Shown here: positions 38,926 to 53,149 of the stretch, piece after piece
How the letters are laid out: each line of letters begins with the position of its first letter
Position numbering within the stretch: position 1 is the first letter of the stretch
Assembly (NCBI RefSeq): GCF_001194135.2
Contig: NC_068984.1
Span: 65,195,563-65,259,012, forward strand
DNA length: 63,450 nt
Direction: 5' to 3'
Source: Octopus bimaculoides
Taxonomy: Eukaryota
Notes under the pieces: model-generated
What the model saw: the letters and a program-made list of their open reading frames with translations, nothing else
Database searches by the model: none
Told to the model about the DNA's origin: nothing
Program-made: the position numbers and the translations under genes

Positions 38926-41125
38926 TTAGTAAAGAAATAATATTGTAAGATAGCTTGATAAGTATAGTGACTATGACCTAATACTGTTTAAAGAGATAGA
39001 TTCTTCTGTCACTATAGGATGTTGATGTCAAGGATTTTGTTCACAGATATAATGAAAATGAGGTGAAGTATTATGCTGTTCACACCTGAAATGTGGAGGT
39101 TTAGGAAGAGTGGCTGGTGTGCACTTTGTACAGTAACAATCAAATGGTTATTAAACAAGTAAATTCAAAGCAATGAATAATATCCTATGGTGGAACAGTG
39201 CAGTGAAAACTATAATTGATGGTCTCTAAGCAGGGGAAAATAATCAACATGTTAAAAAAATACTCTTGATACATATTATATATGTAAGAAATATATACAG
39301 AAGGAAAGTTTTGAATTTTAGATTTTTTTAAACAACTAAATTTTGAGCTGATTTTTAATAAAGGCTTTCAGTAGAAAGAACAATAACAGCATTGTTGGAA
39401 ATTAAGTGTGATCCATATGTCATACAACTGAAATAAATGACTCCAACAGTGAAATTAATTGAGAAAATTCTGAAGATGTTTCCCAACATAAAAGTGTAGA
39501 TTATATATTGGTAACAAGATCTGTAACTTTTATTAAATAGAATGTGTGTACATATCAAACACAATTGCTTAAATAAAACCATATATAATTTTATGCATAC
39601 ATATATACAACTGCATGCACACATACACATATATGTGCATACATATGTATGCACAAGTATTATAAAGACACATACCAACACACAAATCTACACTCATGAA
39701 ATTCTATTTTGAGTGATAATTTATCAACAATTTCTGCTCTCTCTGTCTCTCTCTCTCCCCCCTCTCTCTCCCCCTCTCTCTTTCTCTCCCTCTCTCTCTC
39801 TTTCTGTCTTTGTTCATTTTTACACCTCTCAAAGGCAAAATATGTCACTTCTTAGATGAGAGCATGATGGTAGTAACAACTTGCCAATAAGTTTGATATT
39901 GTATTTTCATCAAATGTAGAACAATTGTCAGCAATTTGACTCTTCCAATCAATATGTAATACCAATTGACATTGTTGATAATTGTTAAAATGAATTATTC
40001 TGGGTTTGTCTATTGAAGCAGATTCAAAACATTGTTAAAATTATAATGGGTGTTAAGTGGATGCTATTGATACATCAAACAAAGGGGTATAAAATAGCAA
40101 GGTATTATACATTTTTGTATGTTTAATGCTCCACTGAAACAAACAAATTTAAAATTGAATATATGTATATACATATCAAAAACAATTCCCAAATGTATTT
40201 ATACAACAAAGCACATGCTTAACATGTGTAAATATGCAAACCCATCTAAATATATTTACTTCTTTGTGTTTGCATGTATGCAATTGTTACACTGAGGATA
40301 TATTTTATATGCATATAATTATATTTATATCTGTATTTATACACACACACAAATATATATACCTATATACACACATACAAAGACTTATAGACAACTGTTT
40401 AAATATATGCCCATTCAAGCAAAATGCTACATAAATACGTACACGAAGAACCAATACATACATAACTATTACAGATATATGAATATATGCATTCATTCAC
40501 ATATATACTTCTTTCTCTGTCTCTCTCATACACACACACTCACGAATCATGCTGCCTTTGCTTCAAAGAAAATTATGCACTGTCAATAGGTCTCTACCTC
40601 ATGTGCCTTAGATTATTCAGCCTGAAACTAAATCTAAATTATAATGCTTCATTAATACATAAATATGTTTTCAAAACAAAAAAAAATAAAGAAGTTATAA
40701 TAATAATACGGCAGTAATTATGTAGACATAAAAATGAGAAAATGCATAAGGGAAAATTTTGAACTTTTGGTTTTGTGTTAGAGTGTATAAGAAAGTAATT
40801 AAGTATCCTGCAAGCTAAGAAACATTCATTTTCCATTATGGCAATAAAGAAAAGAAACATGAAAATACATCTAAGTTAAAAGCAGAAAAGATATTAGCAG
40901 AAAAGTCATAGTCTATTCATTATGTATATAAAACTGAACATCAACAAATAAATGAAAAATATTTTTTATCTCTTTTAACATGAGATTAGCAAGATCATGA
41001 TAGAATACTAAATTATATGTATACACACATCAATGCACATACACACACTCACACACACATATAGATGAAGACAGTTTTATTTGAATTAGAGCTGATATAG
41101 TAGAGGCAAAAATTTCAATTCTTAC

Positions 41126-41306
41126 CTGTCTTGACCTGGCATTTTTAAATCAAACTCCAAAAATGATAGTTCGATGATTTCTCCTAAGTCACCGATGAAG
41201 GTATATAAAATGCAATTAATGTTTCTAGGGTATGTCTCCGGGAAGTTGGGTGAAGTGAATTTTCCTCTAGAATTACCATAGCTCTGGTAAACCACACATT
41301 CGCATG
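41126..41306 (-). CDS. Internal coding exon: N-terminal half of a CUB domain, most like suppressor of lurcher protein 1 (SOL-1)-type multi-CUB proteins
   Basis: Minus strand encodes CECVVYQSYGNSRGKFTSPNFPETYPRNINCILYTFIGDLGEIIELSFLEFDLKMPGQD, with CUB hallmarks (G-x-F-T-S-P-N-F-P-x-x-Y-P, C-x-x-x-x-F, I-x-L-x-F-x-x-F-D-L). Acceptor aatgtttcttgcag|CA (AG 41308-41307), branch-like CTAAC at 41335-41331, donor AG|GTAAG (GT 41125-41124). 181 bp = 2+177+2 (phase 1 in, phase 2 out). CUB call is strong; SOL-1 assignment (CxC start, CILYTF) is from recalled family pattern only. Confidence 0.92.
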
Positions 41307-41419
41307 CTGCAAGAAACATTATAAGTAATAGTTAGAATGTATTCACATTAAACCATAGTTTGAAGTGTAACATTAAAAATAAATTTACATTAGAATACAT
41401 AAATTTTTACAGAGGCAAA

Positions 41420-41535
41420 TATATATGTATGTTTATATATATGTTTATATATATGTTTGTATTTATGTATGTATGTATGTGTATGTATATATATGTATAT
41501 ATATATATGCATATATGTGTGTGTACATATATATG

Positions 41536-41591
<56 letters not shown>

Positions 41592-41718
41592 CGTGCATAC
41601 ACACACACACACATACACACAAATATATACATATGTATATGTGTGTGTATGTACATATATATATATATACATATATCTGTATGTATGTATGTGTGTGTAT
41701 GTATATTTAGATAGATAA

Positions 41719-41790
<72 letters not shown>
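41420..41790. repeat. Compound microsatellite (TA/TG/CA then GATA)
   Basis: Direct reading; (GATA)n at about 41710-41790. Confidence 0.95.
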
Positions 41791-43339
41791 GTAGGTGGTT
41801 GGATGCATTTGCTTCTTTTGTCTTTAAAAAGTTTGAGACAAAAGTATTATAAAAATATAGAGTTCATATAAGTATTAAAATTTGCTACTCAGAGTTTTTA
41901 GCTTGCTATGATATATATTCATATACATGTGTATTATGTATGTGTAAACATATATATAGGAACAGACACACAATGTATATGTACATATACATGTATACAT
42001 GTGTGTATAAATGAGTGTGTGACTATATACACATGTATACACATATGCATACACACAAACATGCACTCACATACAGACACACATAATCGAACATACATAT
42101 GCACATATATACATACAGACACACATACACACATACATACATGCAAAAATAAAATAATTTTTAAAAGCAAAAGACATTTCTACAATCATTTTTATTTTTA
42201 AATTAATTAATAAATCACTGGTATTCAAGCATGAAGTTTTACAACGACAAATCTCTATGGAATACTTTTGAATTAGAACACCATTTATAATGGTTAATAA
42301 TTTTATAAATTGTTCTACTAAATGTATTGTTATGTATAAACTGTAAAAGTTTGCTGGTTAGTAACTCAGAAGAGAATTGTAAATATAATTTATTGGCTAC
42401 TTTTATATTCTGGAAAGCAACTGGGAAGCTTATATATGTTGAGCTTCAGCGACCATTTCACACTAGCTATTATTTTTGTTCTGTTAATGTGATTCCTTGT
42501 ATATATTATAGAAATTGCATGTTGTGTATTTTTGCCTGCACATTTGAAAGTGCTTCACTTAGGAATTTTTCTGTGTATGTACTTGCATGACTATATCTGC
42601 CTGTATATTAACACATATGCAAAATATACTTGCATGAGTGAGTGCACAGACACGTGCATTTATTCCATTTCATATGCTTTGTTTTCTGTAAAATTATTGA
42701 ATAACCAATAACCTAAACTCAAGTGGTATGAGTAAATATTTCGCTAAATTATTGAAATATACTTATTTAAAATCAAATCATGATTTAATTATTCCAATTC
42801 ATTCTTCTCCTGTCATTAGTATTGCAATAGTTTAAAGCAGCCATACTAGAACTATATTTAGGAGAATTTGCATAAATTTTCTTTCAATCATCACAATTAT
42901 AAATCTCCCAAATATATGATCAGCTTCCCATTGAAACAATTGGTTTGAACTGCTTAGCATAAATAGTCACATTATATATTACTGAATATTAACTCAATAA
43001 CATAAAACTATTAAATTTTATTTACTTGGGGGGAAAAGTCCTATATTTTACCATAAAAGACCAGTTTTAACATTGAAGGTGAAAGGAAATAAAAATGAAT
43101 GGAAATTTGTGTGATGTAGCTTCTTTAAAACCTAAAACTGATTTTCTGATTATATCTTTTGCTAAATCCAACATTTAGAATAAGATGATTTCTAAAACTG
43201 AACCAAAATTATAGTCACTTAGAGCCCTATATGCAAAGGGATTAATGTGTGGGAGTCTAAGTAATTTGGAAAAACTTTCAAGAAGCAGAGATTGTTAAAG
43301 AGAGAAAATGTTATTCTTTCATTTTTCTATTGGCTAATC

Positions 43340-43520
43340 CTTGTACTGCAGCCATCTTGGGGAACTGTCTTCAAGAGTTTAGTCAAACACATTTCAAACT
43401 AAGAATTTATTTTAGTTTAGTATATATTTTATTAATCTCTTTGTTGAACCACTAAACTAGGACATAAACTAACACAACATAAACAACAGCACCACTTTTA
43501 AGCATTGATCAAATGAATAT

Positions 43521-43588
<68 letters not shown>

Positions 43589-43762
43589 GCACGCACACAC
43601 ACACAGACAATAAGCATTTTCACAGTTATTCCATCAACCAAATCTTATTTACAGGATCAGCCTGAGGCAATATAAGAACACATTTTCCCAAAGTGCAGTG
43701 TCTTGGGATTGAACATGTAACCACACAATTGGCAAGTGAACTTCATAACCACACGGTCATAC
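43340..43762 (-). mobile_element. SINE family A, old copy with expanded (CA)n
   Basis: GCAGCCATCTTGG tail remnant, long CA tract 43524-43585, head remnant GATTGAAC...AACCACAC. Confidence 0.6.
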
Positions 43763-45246
43763 TTTCACTTATATGATTATATACTTAAAGAAAGAGATAG
43801 TTAGAGAATGTGTGTGTGAGAGAGAAAGAGACAACGAGAAAGAGAGAGAGACTCATAGAAGGAGATGGAGATTTAATGCATATACACACCCAGATACTTA
43901 TATTGTATAACCACAAGAAAATGATGCAAAATTTAAAATGCTTTGGACCAAATTACACATCTGATAACACTGGTAGAGCTAACAAAAATCAATCGAGCTA
44001 AGATGCACTTGATCAGAAGAATGGAAGGGACAACTTTAAATGGTACACTTTTTGGAGTAGAAGAATTCTACAGCAAGATATTTCTTTGAATAAACAATTT
44101 TATGTAACTCTAGGTGAGAGTATCACACACACAGAAAACAAAAAAAATGAAAGGTCAAAAAGTGTAAAAATGCAGAGGAGTACTGAAATGATGAAATGGT
44201 ATACATGACAAGTTGTACACAAATGGAAAAGTACCATTGCTAAATGAGCAGGTTTGAAGAAAGAAAATATGACAACAGGCAGAGTAAGAACACTGCACAA
44301 CAAACGCTATGTTTTAATCTGGCTAAATTAGTGGTGAATTATAGGTTATATTAAATTACTTATTTTCTGTACATGATTGCTTAATGATGAAATGTTAATA
44401 TTTTATATAATTAATCATATCTATTTCATCAACATCATCATTTTTTACTGTTATTAAATAGTATTGTTTTCTTATAATAAGGTGCCAAATATTATGCTTT
44501 TATTTAACACATTGTTAATACTATTGTTGAAAATACAGAGTCAGTTGCTAACACTTGTCAACAATCAATTTCCATCAGTGATGATTTGATATGGACCAGA
44601 ACGCCTTTTCAATGCTGATTCCAAAGTGTCATCAGTGTATATAGTTTTATGTCTGCACGTGTGTGTGTGTGCATGCACACATGTGCGTGTGTGTGTGTTT
44701 ATATAGTTTTGAGATAAGACCATTTAATTTTATATAATATTGTATATTCAGAATATTTTCTCAAATCATTATGAATGAGAAAAATCAAACAGATCTTTCT
44801 TGCTATGTCCTATGTATTTTTATAATAAACAGTGACAAACCATTTCATTGGAACTTATGGAAGTATAGCAGATATGTTTTATTAGTCATATAGGTCACAA
44901 AGATAAGCAAATAACAATACATTCAATCTAAGTGTTCATTCACATAGACTATATAAATTAAAAGAGATGCTTAAATTAAAAGAGATGATCGATATTTTTG
45001 CCTTAACCATAATGTGAAAAGAGCGGAGCGATCATCATATAACTACATTTTGAAGTAACAATACAACTGGGTTTTCTACAAAGAACAAACACAAAACTGT
45101 CTTTCCAAATCTTTATTCAGTATGCTGACCATTTTAATATGATGAATCAATCAATATCCACTCATTTTTTCAAACTGATGGTCTAAGTTCCTAAGACAAT
45201 AAAGTGGACAGGGATGACAATGCTACTGAACTTTCAACTGGTCCTG

Positions 45247-45287
<41 letters not shown>

Positions 45288-45629
45288 TTCTTGCTTCAAG
45301 ACTGAAGAAAAATAATTTACTTTCACCAAAACAAAAAATATGCAAGTGAGCTCCAGTTGAATGTGAAATTTCAATTTGGCAACATGCTACTTTTCAATAG
45401 ATGACCAACGGCTTAGGCTCATTCTACCAAACAATGGAAATGTGAAGCTTGCATTGCCAATATCCATTCTGCTGGTTTCGCCTCCACCCTGATCATTGCA
45501 TCACCTAAAATCCATTCTCTTTTCACTTCCCACTCAATTTACAGGGACTATTTTGAGCGCTTATCTTTGCATATTATAACATTCATTAGTTCTGGTCTCA
45601 AAAGAGAAAAACAAAAAAATCCAAAACAG

Positions 45630-45757
45630 TTACACTTTGTAAAGTAGTTGGCTCTGGGAAGGACAGCTGGCAGTACAAACCATGCCAACGCAGACCCTAC
45701 TAAGTCCTCCAACTCATGCTAGTATGAAAGTCATGTTAAATGATGATGATGATGATA
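45630..45757 (+). mobile_element. Family B 3' fragment (diverged)
   Basis: TACACTTTGTAAAGTAGTTGG...CCAACTCATGCTAGTATG...GTTAAATGATGATGAT. Confidence 0.6.
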
Positions 45758-45859
45758 TATAAATACATCGATATAGATATATGTGTGTGTATAAATATAT
45801 ACATACACATATATATGAATCTCTCTCTCTCATATATATATACATATATATATATATTA

Positions 45860-46065
45860 CGAGAGGATGCTGAAAAGTTCCTGGCTTTTAGTAAAAGAAA
45901 ATACAGGAGGATCAGTTAATTATGATTTTATTCAACACATTCTCCTCTCAGATTCACATGCTTATTGCAGTCGTCCTTCAGTTTGTCTAAAGTCCTACAA
46001 AAGAATTTAGGTGGTTGGGCCATTTGCAGTACCCTTAAAGCCAGGAACTTTTCAGCATCCCCTCG
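45860..46065 (-). mobile_element. 206-bp mariner deletion derivative (MITE)
   Basis: 29-bp TIRs CGAG(A/G)GGATGCTGAAAAGTTCCTGGCTTT (1 mismatch); TA left, TG right; interior KFFCRTLDKLKDDCNKHVNLRGECVE* resembles a mariner transposase C-terminus. Confidence 0.9.
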
Positions 46066-46125
46066 TGTACATATCTGCATACATATGCATATATGTACAT
46101 ATATACAGATGCATACAAGGATATA

Positions 46126-46168
<43 letters not shown>

Positions 46169-49100
46169 GTCAAAAAACACCAATACCAACATTACTCCTT
46201 CTGCCTCGAACTTTAAAGGATAATAAAGAACTTTTATGAAGATAAATTTCCTGAAAGTATCAAGGTAGGGGTTTACTCCATTTTAATCAAAGTAATTCAT
46301 TTAGAAGTACGAAAAGATTCCAGATCATTGCCTAAATTAATTTCAGAGAGCTTGTTAGAGTATATTGGCTGACTGCCATTAAATCCCAATCAAATCTAGA
46401 AGACTGTAGTTGCTTTATTAACAGTAAACACTAGCAAGATACTGATGAATTGCCAAGTCATGTTAGAAAGGACATTACTACACTCATTTGCAAAGGCATC
46501 GTGTCGACTAATTCAGGAATGAGAGAAAGAAAACAAAGTTGTGATGGACACTGCCAATAAAATGGGTCCTTAAAATGTAATGCTTTCTATAGAAAATGAA
46601 AATCTCAATTGATTCTATACTATAGTGACTAAACTAACCAAACCTATATAATATAAAAATACATGTTATAATAATACTTTTAGTTGTTCTTTTGTGTTAA
46701 GAACTATACTGAAAACGAATCAAAGATGAAAAGAATTGAGATTACATTTTAGCATCACTGGCATGGTTTATACCTTGAAATGCATGTAAAAATTGGTAAA
46801 ACATTATCATATTATCATATTTTACTACCACTAGATTAGATTTGATCCATAAAGTATGTTTTTATGACTAAACATAGAGAATGTGCACCAAAGGCTCTAA
46901 AACAGAGCACGGTCTCTCCCAATGATCCCTGAAACCTCGACAACTGGTATGTGGCATTTCCAAGTGATCACACCTGCACAACCAAGCTGTTTTCTCATCT
47001 CTTACTAATATCAATTAATTTCTAATATACAGGTGTTTCAATGACAGTGAACCAACAGGTTTCATGAATGATGTGTTAGCAATATAATGCTTCTTTAGGT
47101 CGCAGCAGTAACCATCATGTAAACCTGAATACATTTTCTTTTCTGCTTCACGGTCATCACTGCCAAATCCCTATAAATTACTTCAGTTATACAACTTTAA
47201 CTAAAATCATTAATTTCATTACATGCCAACATCGGCAAATCTTTTATTCCCTAAACAATGTTAGTACCACAAATTCAGATGACATTTTTTTTATTACAAT
47301 ATTTAATTATTTCCTCATTTACTCAGTAAGAACCGTATGCAATGGATAGTGACACATGCATTATAAGCTCATTCAAAAAATACGTAAGCAATGCATCATG
47401 TTTAATTTGTTTCTTATCTATTTTTCCATACATTTTTCCACAATGCATTTCAATATAATATAAAATGCTGTTAATTGAATACTTGTATTCTTATTGAGTC
47501 CTACAAGTGAGAATTATATTAATGACTCATTAGATTAATTAAATCATGACTACAAGAACTGTGTTGAAAAGTGGTGTTAGCTTTTACACAGTCACAAAAT
47601 ATGAAGGATTGGACAAGGTTAGGATCCTGTACAATGTACTAAAAAATATAAATTCCTGGCATAAGACAAACACAAACACACATTATAATTCGTAACAGAA
47701 TTTATTGTTGATATCATTTGATGGATAAACATTAAAATGAATACTGTGATGCTAATATTAATGAAATAACAATGCATATATTTGTACATTTACAAAATGC
47801 ATTTGAGCGAGAATTAAAAATCTGACAAATATAATGTAAAATTGAATGAAAAAAAACAGTGATATGTTAGCAAAATTTTTGTAAGAATTATCTAAATATT
47901 AAGAGATGCATACATCATATTTCAAAAAATTATGTTTGCAATTTTCACTTAAGTTATCATGCTAGGCTTTATTCTCATTAAGTTGATTATCTCTAAAGCC
48001 AATGTAGAAATTTCTTCTTCCTTTCTCTAGTACAAGCATTACTTTGTTGATATTGTGTTGAACATGTTTGCATTTCTGGCACATGTCCAAAATGTTGCCC
48101 CATGAGGCAGTTACCTGATTGGTTAAATAGAGATTTTTCACATTCTAAGGTTCATTAATCCAGCTATGTATGATAGCAGAGGTCTCTGGGAAATATTGCA
48201 GTGATAACAATTGTTTCAGAAATTTCTAATCTCTGGTGAATTTCTAAAATCAACATAATTGAAGCAGAACTTAACAGCAATCAAGTTACAGCTTTTGGTA
48301 AACATTTAACTAGAATCAATCAGTACCTCCCATCAGGGAATTAAATTTGCAGACGGAGAGAAGATGAAGAGGGTAAATATAAATATGGTTCTATTTTGAG
48401 AAATGAAACTTTTGTTATTTATTAATTTAAGAAATCTCAAGAAACTTGTGACACTTTATTTTCAAATTAGCCTCATCAATACTATAATACATGCTTTAGA
48501 TTTGTTGGTTTGATTCCTGAAAAGAATGGCTTAAACTTTTATTGCTTTTGAGTTGATAAAATATTTATGCATGCATAACTGTCACTCAAAATCAAATATT
48601 ATTATTGCTCATGTTTATATCTGTGTGTAGTTTCCTTTCCAGTATAGCAAAGTAAGAGATAGAAACCACACCATTCTTGACAGAAGCAGATCTGAATCCA
48701 ATGACATGATTTCTTTGACTTTTATAGATCATTTGTTATACAAATGTAACCAACAGAAACTTGATATAACTAAATCAGTTTTGATATAATTTGATCTTTG
48801 TCCTGTAAGCTATCAAACTGGTTGCCATGTAAGTACAAGGTTTCACTTAAGTAGACTGCTTAAGCACAGTGATTTTTACAAGACACATCCCAAATTGTGG
48901 TCTCTGCACCAACAATCTTAACCAGTCTTCCAAAGCTACATCTCTTGTATCATAAATGTACTTTGAAATCCAATGAACATTTATCAAGGAAACTGCTCAA
49001 TATTACTAGGCTTTTATTAATGTAAATTGCTGGGGACATTTTCGTTGATAAATATCTTGATAGTGTAATAGGTCATTTGAATGTAATTAATATTCTCAGA

Positions 49101-51925
49101 GTATTATCTTTTAATTTTCTAATTGTTTTGAATATTCTTGTTGAAATTTGTTTGAAAGAAAGCACTTCAGCAACTATCTTTAAATTAATGGACCCACCCT
49201 TCAGAGTGTTTTGAAACTATTCTAAAGTCAATATTTTCCCTTAACCTAAAGTATTTTGGGGAAAGCATTTAATTCTTGCTTAATATAATACACATACTCA
49301 TTATTTTATAAAAGATTTTTTTAAACTATGCTCTATATTGAAATAGCTATAAAAATATTGTCTGTTCAGTAGGCTTTTAGCTTTTCAGCTTTTTACTGCC
49401 ACACTAACAATAGAAATAATACTGTAAAGGAGATAGTTATTTTCTAAGTCATGACCACTAAAATCTGGAAATTTATATTCAGGAAGTTGAATTTAAACAT
49501 TGAACACATTCTGAAAGTAAAATAGGTACTGGTCTTTAAGAGAAAATATTACAATTGCAACTATATTGAATATCCATACTTCATTATCAGAGCAGACATT
49601 AACCAACTTTCTAAAGCAGTACCTACAAGACTATTTCATTCTCCCAATATTTTCTCACACAAGTGACCCTGTCCAAAACATTACAACACTCTACTTCTTT
49701 TGGCATGTTAACACTGCTTTAAACACTTCTTTCAAATTACTTTACCACATACATTTTAATATAATTTTTACCATAAGGATTTGTCACTTGAAACATGCTC
49801 ATGCAACAGTCAAATATGAACATTATACCAAGAGCTGAAAAAATGTTATGTACACATTGGTATATAAGTCTGGTAATGTTTCAAATGCTTTAAATATACA
49901 CACTCTAAAAGATTTGCATGAGAGTTCTCATTCTGGTTATTACAGACACACCAACTTGGCAAGTGTATCTATTGACCTTTTAAGCAACTGTTCAGTGATT
50001 TTCTTAGACATTCAATCTGGACCCTTTATTTAGTATTTGAAGGTAGAATATTGTTGTATTAGTTATTCTCTAATTTGAAATTCTCCTTGCTCATTCCAAT
50101 TGAACTAGAGTATTTACAGATTAACTGAGCCAAAGAGAGAATTCAAAACCACCAAGTACACTACAAAACTTAAAAATCGACTCAATCAACACTTATATTC
50201 ACTATGTTGTTGTCTACTCAAATTGGAAATTAATGAATTTTTATTTCCCATAGTTTATATAAACATTACCCAATATCTATCTTCTGATTGATTGCAATGA
50301 AAAGTAGATTTAAACATATTTCATTAGCCACTCATACACACGATCAACATTATCAATGATACTATATCAAAGCCATCTAACATATGATTTCTACTAATTT
50401 CATTTTCTGTCACAGACTTCATGGAGTTAAAAATGGCAAACTAGAGACAGTTTTTAAAAATATTCTCTATTTCCAATACCTAATACTTCAGTAGGTAATA
50501 TAACATCATTTATGTAAAACATACTCATTAATATTATCTCATGATACAAGGAACTATATTTAAAATATTCCAGCCTATATCTAATTAATAAATACTAACT
50601 GTGGGTAGTTGTTAATAATAAATGTGTAGCACTATGATCAATAATGAGATTAATATCTCAATTTAAATTTATTGGTTGGTATTAATTATTTTATATTCCT
50701 TTGATTAGAACTAATGTTTTTATTAGATCAATTTTGGAAAGACACAGTGCACATTCTTCCCTTTCATCCTATCAGAGTGAATATATAACACATCAAAGCA
50801 AACATTTCTTTCATTCTTAAGGCACTAGTTCTTATTCAGCCCTTCAATAGCATTATTGTATTTTAGTATAGAACATTATCTAAGATATTCAAAATATTGA
50901 TTGCTTCCCCTCATTCACTTTTGAGGTTGAACTTTACAATAATATCTTCTTAAAGCTTTAGATTCACCATTGAACTATACTAGTAATACTATGCAGTTAC
51001 ATTCACTAATGGTTGTTGCTCATTAATTTCAGACTCTTTATACTGAAGATCTCTTCTGAGAATGCTTTAATGTTACCAGTTATGGCAAGTAAATACTTTC
51101 AAACCACTACAAATTTCAACAAGGCAATTTTAAGAATAGAAATAAAGAAACATTTAAAGCACAGATAATCTATTATATTTTAGAATTAAGATAGAACTTT
51201 TCTTTGGAACCTCTTTTCCACTTAAAAGAAAAGAAAAAAAAGCATATCATATCCTTATATTAAATTTCAAGGCCTCTAAGATAGGAATCTTACTGATTTC
51301 AGCACTCCTTGCTTTGGAATAGAACATAATATACATCACATTCAAAGAGTCTCATAAAATGAATTCCAGAATTAATTTTGTTTTCTTTTGATCAGATATA
51401 AGATCCATTTTGTTGAGGGAGAAATCATAATCATAACCATTCCATATTAATCATGGAAAGATTAATGGAATTCCCTCCTGGCAAGAGTTGAATTCAAAAA
51501 TGTTATGAAAGAAGCTAACCTTATTTGATATCCTGCCATCTGCACTATGATATAAGAAGCTGAATTTATTACACCAGATGTCAATATGAAAAACATCAAT
51601 GCCATACAAGTTGCTACCAATACATTGAGAACACTATTTCTTGAATGTTTATAGTATTTTACTTAATCCGCATAACAGAGTATTCACTGAAGCTTTCAAA
51701 TCAAGTTCTTACTTGTGTTTTTGGTGGCATTGCTTACTTGAATTAAAGATAGTCAAATGAAACATTTGTTTAAAGGAACATTTCTGTATTTTCAATATCA
51801 ACCTTTCATTTTCACATTAAGCTCTATTGAAGAGGCTTTTTTTCTTTTTTTCTCTCATAACATCTGTCCCAGTCAAATATTCTCAACACTCATTTCCATA
51901 AAACATTGCTGTTGGAACATAAAGG

Positions 51926-51929
<4 letters not shown>

Positions 51930-51989
<60 letters not shown>
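51930..51989. repeat. (TAA)n microsatellite, about 20 units
   Basis: Direct reading. Confidence 0.95.
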
Positions 51990-51990
<1 letters not shown>

Positions 51991-53149
51991 CGAAAGAAAA
52001 ATAGATTCAGATTTATACAGGTAGAATCTTTTATCTAAATAAAAATATTTTATTAGATAGATGTGGTTATAACAAAGTAAATGATAGAGGATTATGAGGG
52101 TAGTGATGACAGCAATAATAAAGACAACGGTGGTATTATGAGAGTATTGTTACTATTATTTGTGGTGATGTGTCCAAGTTAACCATTATTACTGGAATTA
52201 ATATCAATCCTAATCATCCTTATTAAAACAAGATTAATCCATTGTCTTCTTATTTTCATAACTTGATATAGAAAGAACATTTTATGGAAAAAGAAAGAGC
52301 ATGCAAGTCTGTCTGAAGAGAGAAACATTTTAACTGAATAATTACAAATGTTTATTTTTATTTGGATCAAAGAATACCAGGCTTAATGCCATATGCTTCC
52401 CTAGAGTGTGTCAGTTATTCTCAAAGATGTTACTGGATGCACAATTTGCATGAAGGGAAACATGTTTCGAAAGCAAGGTATTGTGTGTGATAAATGAAAG
52501 TTACTGAATAAAACCAATGATGAGCAAGCAAGCAATGATTAAAAGGAAAACGTGGAGAGGGAGCTCTTTCACAAATCAATAACTGCTTTGGAATTTCTAT
52601 TTCAATTAAAATAACTAAAATTGAATAAGAATTTGAAATTCCGAAAGCAATTAAGCGAAATTAATCATGAGAGAAGCATTCTCTTTGAAATTCACACACT
52701 CAGTGAGTAAATCTAGATTTTTGTTTAGAAAGATATTATACTGGTTTGGGTTGAAAATATACAAAAAAAAAAAAAAAAAGAAAAATATCTATTTTTTTAA
52801 GAAAAAAAGAATAGATTTAAGTTTTATTTGTAATTCTATTTTTTACCTTTATTTCATTAACTAAGCTTCCATATTTTAAAGACAATTTTTGGTGTTTATT
52901 TCAGAACAAAATTGAAGATTAAAATTCTAATAGACTGTCTTGCTAAGTGAAATTCGGTGAAGAGGGAATGCATATGTAGAGATTGATGTTGGAACTTTTC
53001 CAGTTATCAAAATAATTCCAGAAATCAAATATAATTGTTTTAATTTCAATATATTTTTTATTGTAAAATATTTCTTTAAATTTTGTTTAAATACTTGAGA
53101 AATTCAGAAAGTTTAAAAATATCTAACAGGTATTACTCTTTTATTGCTT

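Noticed and set aside
41360-42201. Stack of overlapping YI/CV/HT ORFs (also 11260-11649, 24678-24985, 30351-30936)
   Set aside because: Microsatellite artefacts with no domain signal.
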